Below are positions 60,603 to 64,000 of a DNA stretch of 64,000 nt, in pieces. Below the pieces are notes generated by a model. It was not told where the DNA came from, searched no databases, and saw nothing but the letters and a program-made list of their open reading frames with translations. Within the stretch, counting starts at the first letter, position 1. Each line of letters starts with the position of its first letter. The DNA lies in the IMG/VR virus record IMGVR_UViG_3300008262_000201, positions 224-64,223 of that record; one strand, written 5' to 3'. Source of the DNA: a virus (Duplodnaviria > Caudoviricetes). The translations under genes were made by a program, and so were the position numbers.

Positions 60603-61415
60603 TCAGCTAACAACGCGACCAGTGAGGTACATGTCGATATCTTCGTAACCAGGGGCGACATCAGGTTGGATGTAGCACACTTCCACAACCAGGTAACCAG
60701 CGCGGCTGGCGGCACTGTCAGCAGCAGAAATGTAGAAACCACCAGAAGTCGTGGTGCTATTAGCGGTTTCCTTAGCGAACACTTTGAAAGTGGTCGAGCT
60801 ATTCAGCGAGTAGTAAGCGTTACCAGGAAGAGGACCAAGTACGCCAGAGCTCAGAATGAAAGGATTGGTGCCGTAACCAGCAGTACCACCAGCAAAGTAA
60901 ATCTCGCCAGCTTGGGTACCAGATACGGTAGAGGTGAGGTTGGCTTGTGCCACACCTTCACCAACGCCAGAAGCAGCAGTGGGGCTACCACCATTGCTGC
61001 GACCAAAGGAGATCACGTTGCCAGTTGCGGCATACACACCAGAAGCAACGGTACCATCCCAACCAGAAGCAACGGAAATCGCAGTGCGATACACGTAAGC
61101 AGGAAGGGTGGAGTTACCAGAGATCACCATGCCGGTGATGTTGGGACGAGTGTCGTCTTGGCGGTAAGGCGAAGGAACGATCACATCAGCGTTAGTGGTG
61201 ACGGCAAGAGAGCCGGTGCCACCAGAAATGCCTACAACGGGCACATAACCACGCTGCTGGAAGTAACGGTAACCAGGGGTAGCCAGCACCGAAGTGGGGC
61301 CTGCGTTGGAACCAGTATCAGTACCAGCGGCATTAGGGTCGATATTGCGATACCAACCGTTGAGAGCATTATTCCAGTTACCTGGATAAATCTTTTTAGC
61401 CGTTAAATAAGTCAT
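60603..61415 (-). CDS. virion structural protein (minor capsid/decoration)
   Basis: Directly after the MCP; highly expressed codon bias. Confidence 0.7.
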   Translation of the reverse strand: MTYLTAKKIYPGNWNNALNGWYRNIDPNAAGTDTGSNAGPTSVLATPGYRYFQQRGYVPVVGISGGTGSLAVTTNADVIVPSPYRQDDTRPNITGMVISGNSTLPAYVYRTAISVASGWDGTVASGVYAATGNVISFGRSNGGSPTAASGVGEGVAQANLTSTVSGTQAGEIYFAGGTAGYGTNPFILSSGVLGPLPGNAYYSLNSSTTFKVFAKETANSTTTSGGFYISAADSAASRAGYLVVEVCYIQPDVAPGYEDIDMYLTGRVVS

Positions 61416-61442
61416 TTATCTTTCCAGATATGTTTGTTGTTA

Positions 61443-62609
61443 TCAGATGTTGCCGTCATCTTGGATGAAGCTGAACGCGGTCGTGATGAAATCGGTGTTA
61501 AGGATTTCGAAACCAGCGTAAAGTTGCCAAATCAGAATGATGAAGCGGCTGAAGTCGTCGTTGTTGTTGATCAGCACCTGAGCATTCGGGCCGCCGATAC
61601 CAACGCCAACAGCTTGAGGACCGAAGAAGTAACCTTGGGCCACTTCACGAGAAGCATAAGTACCACCAGTGCCATCGAAGGAAGCACTGATGCTCTTGCT
61701 TGGGAAGTTGGTCGACTCGAAGAACTTCACGCCTTCGAACTGAACGCCAGTAGGCATTACAGGTTCACCAGCCAGGAAGTAACCTTGACCAGCCTGGGGA
61801 CCCATGTAGAAGCTGGCGTTGTTAGGCATCATGGGATTACCCATGTACATGCCTTGACCAGGGTTACCAGCGTAACGTGCAATCTCACGGAAGTCAGGAT
61901 CACGACGCAGGTGCATCATGAAGACGGGATCGCAAATGCAACGATACAGACCATCAGAGAAGGTCGGCACGTTACGCTTACGCAGGTCCTTAACAACGTT
62001 CAGCAGGTCGGTACGAACCTGGAATTGCTGAACATCAGCAGTGTACTCAGTGGCGGTGTAAGCAATACGACCAGAAGAATCTTTGGTCTTGCCACCAGCA
62101 AAGTAGTAACCACCTTGCGAAGTAGAGGCGGCACCATTGGCTTCAGCTTTGGCGAGTTCATCAAGGAACACGCGGTCACGCCAACGGCGATAGTCGTCGA
62201 GCAGCGTCAAGCTACCGATCGACTGGTGGAACATATTCAGGTTCCCGCTGTCCAAAAGCAGGCGCTGCGCAGTGATCAGCGTCTCACGCGCAATCTTGAA
62301 AGTGCTAGGCTGAGTCGGATCACCCGGATCTGCAGGGCCGGTGTACTCTTTGAGTACCACCAACACCTTTTCCTTTGTGATGTTGCGGCTGTTGGCAGTA
62401 CCGATAGTCTGGTCGGACACACGCTCACGGCTGTCCTTGGTACCAGGGGTACCCCAGAACTTATAGCGGTCTAACTGAACGGTTTGACCAGGCTGCCGAG
62501 TAAAGTCATGAACGACCACAGGCTCGACTGCCATTTCTGCGATGTACGCAGGATGGGGACGGTAAAGTTCCGCACCCAAGATTTTTGGAAAGTCATTATC
62601 AATAAACAC
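61443..62609 (-). CDS. major capsid protein
   Basis: 388 aa, strong codon bias, DF...PG.TV, Y.C..DP, G..EGV.F.EST, FFG.QA.G.G (HK97-type pattern). Confidence 0.85.
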   Translation of the reverse strand: MFIDNDFPKILGAELYRPHPAYIAEMAVEPVVVHDFTRQPGQTVQLDRYKFWGTPGTKDSRERVSDQTIGTANSRNITKEKVLVVLKEYTGPADPGDPTQPSTFKIARETLITAQRLLLDSGNLNMFHQSIGSLTLLDDYRRWRDRVFLDELAKAEANGAASTSQGGYYFAGGKTKDSSGRIAYTATEYTADVQQFQVRTDLLNVVKDLRKRNVPTFSDGLYRCICDPVFMMHLRRDPDFREIARYAGNPGQGMYMGNPMMPNNASFYMGPQAGQGYFLAGEPVMPTGVQFEGVKFFESTNFPSKSISASFDGTGGTYASREVAQGYFFGPQAVGVGIGGPNAQVLINNNDDFSRFIILIWQLYAGFEILNTDFITTAFSFIQDDGNI

Positions 62610-62669
62610 TTTGTTTAGACATTTCCATGTCTTATCTATTAGAAATTTTAGCAGTTAGTAACTTATTAG

Positions 62670-63116
62670 TTACATATACTGCAAAGTAGGTGTGGCCGTA
62701 CGTGCCATCAAGGTATTACTGGAGCCATAACGCTCTGGATCCTCACCTTGAACGACGTTCATAACACCACCACCAATCGTGCCACCAAGTGCACCTGCAC
62801 CAAGAACACCAATTCCAGTACCAAGTGCAAACTCAGCTTTAGGACTAGTAGAACCAGCCTTAACAAGTCTGCTCATGTAACCTGGCCCAAGAGTTGCCCC
62901 TACTCCTGCACCTAAAGCACCGGCGCCTAACGCTTCCGCAATTAGACGACCGGGACTTTTTTCTTGTGCTTGGCCGGTAACAACGTTTCCAAGGGTGGCA
63001 AGACCTGCAGCAGCGGCACCTGCACCGAGAGTGGACAATGTAGGGTCCATTGCTGCATTCATTAATGCCGCTTTACCCTTTGCAAGTAACGGATTGAATT
63101 TACCGGCCAGTTTCAT
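62670..63116 (-). CDS. Gly/Ala-rich hydrophobic protein (MKLAGKF)
   Basis: Glycine-zipper-like helices. Confidence 0.65.
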   Translation of the reverse strand: MKLAGKFNPLLAKGKAALMNAAMDPTLSTLGAGAAAAGLATLGNVVTGQAQEKSPGRLIAEALGAGALGAGVGATLGPGYMSRLVKAGSTSPKAEFALGTGIGVLGAGALGGTIGGGVMNVVQGEDPERYGSSNTLMARTATPTLQYM

Positions 63117-63120
63117 TGCC

Positions 63121-64000
63121 TCACTCCATCACAAACAATTTGTTTGCAACGACTTGAGGTTGAGCTTGATTCAGTAAACGCCAAGCATTTGTGGGGTCCA
63201 CATCCATTTGGCTCTTAAAGCTGCCCCAGAAATTTTCAGGACGTTGAGGAGCAGATGCAGAAGGAGGTGCTGGCATGTACGGATTAATAGCTCCCACTGG
63301 TGCGGTGCGGTAACCAGGAGTCTCAAGTTCAGACTCACTTTCGTACACAGGACACGGACCTTCAGGACCAAAGAACTGCAGTGTGTAATCGCTGAGAACG
63401 TCGGGGTTCGTCAGGATCTCGTTATAAGCAAGATTCTCTTGGTGCTCGTTAACTGCAAAGTTTGCATATTGAGTCAGCAGTTGATTTGCCTGTTCGTTCT
63501 CAACACGCTCGTTAACTGCAAAACTTGCATAATCAGTTAACAGACCTTGTGCTTGTTGGCCCCATGCAACAGCACTATCCAGCATGCCCTCAAGATTAAG
63601 TGCATATTGGTTAAGGATCGCAGGTGCTTCCCAGCCGTAATTATTGATTACGAACCGGCTTTCGTTGCTTAGATCTAGACGATCCGCCACTGCTTGGCTC
63701 AGCTCCTGACTTACGGCCGGAGACGAGGGAATCGAAGAAGTTTGGGAATAATTGGGCGAGTATGTCTGGTTGGCTTGCCAGGTCTGCGGAGCCGATTGAT
63801 ACGTACTTTGGCCGTTCGTTTGTCCGTAATTGGCCGGACTGTAGGTCGTCGGTACTGACGGTTGACCCTGGAACGGGGATTGAACTGGGCTGCTCAGAAG
63901 GCCCACCACCTTGTTGAATGCCGACTCCCATGGATTGCCCGTCGTCTCCGATGGGGATTGGGGGGCGTACTGAGACGGGTTTGATTGGTAATTGGGGGCC
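63121..64000 (-). CDS. putative capsid scaffold/assembly protein (5' truncated by the window)
   Basis: Gln/Pro-rich ORF upstream of the MCP; frame continues towards the window edge. Confidence 0.55.
   Translation of the reverse strand, partial: APNYQSNPSQYAPQSPSETTGNPWESAFNKVVGLLSSPVQSPFQGQPSVPTTYSPANYGQTNGQSTYQSAPQTWQANQTYSPNYSQTSSIPSSPAVSQELSQAVADRLDLSNESRFVINNYGWEAPAILNQYALNLEGMLDSAVAWGQQAQGLLTDYASFAVNERVENEQANQLLTQYANFAVNEHQENLAYNEILTNPDVLSDYTLQFFGPEGPCPVYESESELETPGYRTAPVGAINPYMPAPPSASAPQRPENFWGSFKSQMDVDPTNAWRLLNQAQPQVVANKLFVME

Noticed and set aside
61434-62474. 346-aa ORF antisense to the major capsid gene (also 60666-61406)
   Set aside because: Shadow ORF from strong codon bias of highly expressed genes; no protein motifs

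Overview
This window is about 64 kb of a lytic, tailed dsDNA cyanophage genome, with no host chromosomal genes. Gene content and layout suggest an S-EIV1-like freshwater Synechococcus/Cyanobium phage (inference, not database-checked). Region 1-28 kb is mostly plus strand: many small early genes, PcfJ, ThyX, GP88-like, a T7-type family A DNA polymerase, SSB, gp157-like and Dps. Region 28-39 kb holds a tRNA/ncRNA cluster, a PD-(D/E)XK nuclease, a PrimPol-D5/P4-type primase-helicase, SpeD, a glycosyltransferase and HNH proteins. Region 39-64 kb is mostly minus strand: lysins, tail fibres, dCTP deaminase, virion proteins and the major capsid protein. The most striking unexplained signal is non-coding. 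Three families of short elements sit at gene junctions: (A) 10 copies of a covarying bulged hairpin, P1-CAT-[variable hairpin]-TG-TAAGY-P1; (B) 6 copies of a 28-nt covarying H-type pseudoknot; (C) a TAR-N9-CTA junction motif. There is also a twice-repeated, iteron-flanked palindrome resembling an origin. Other highlights: two NblA-like genes, a 40-aa CP12-like microprotein missed by the ORF track, an HNH insertion that supplies a recoded N-terminus to its target gene, and atypical tRNAs.
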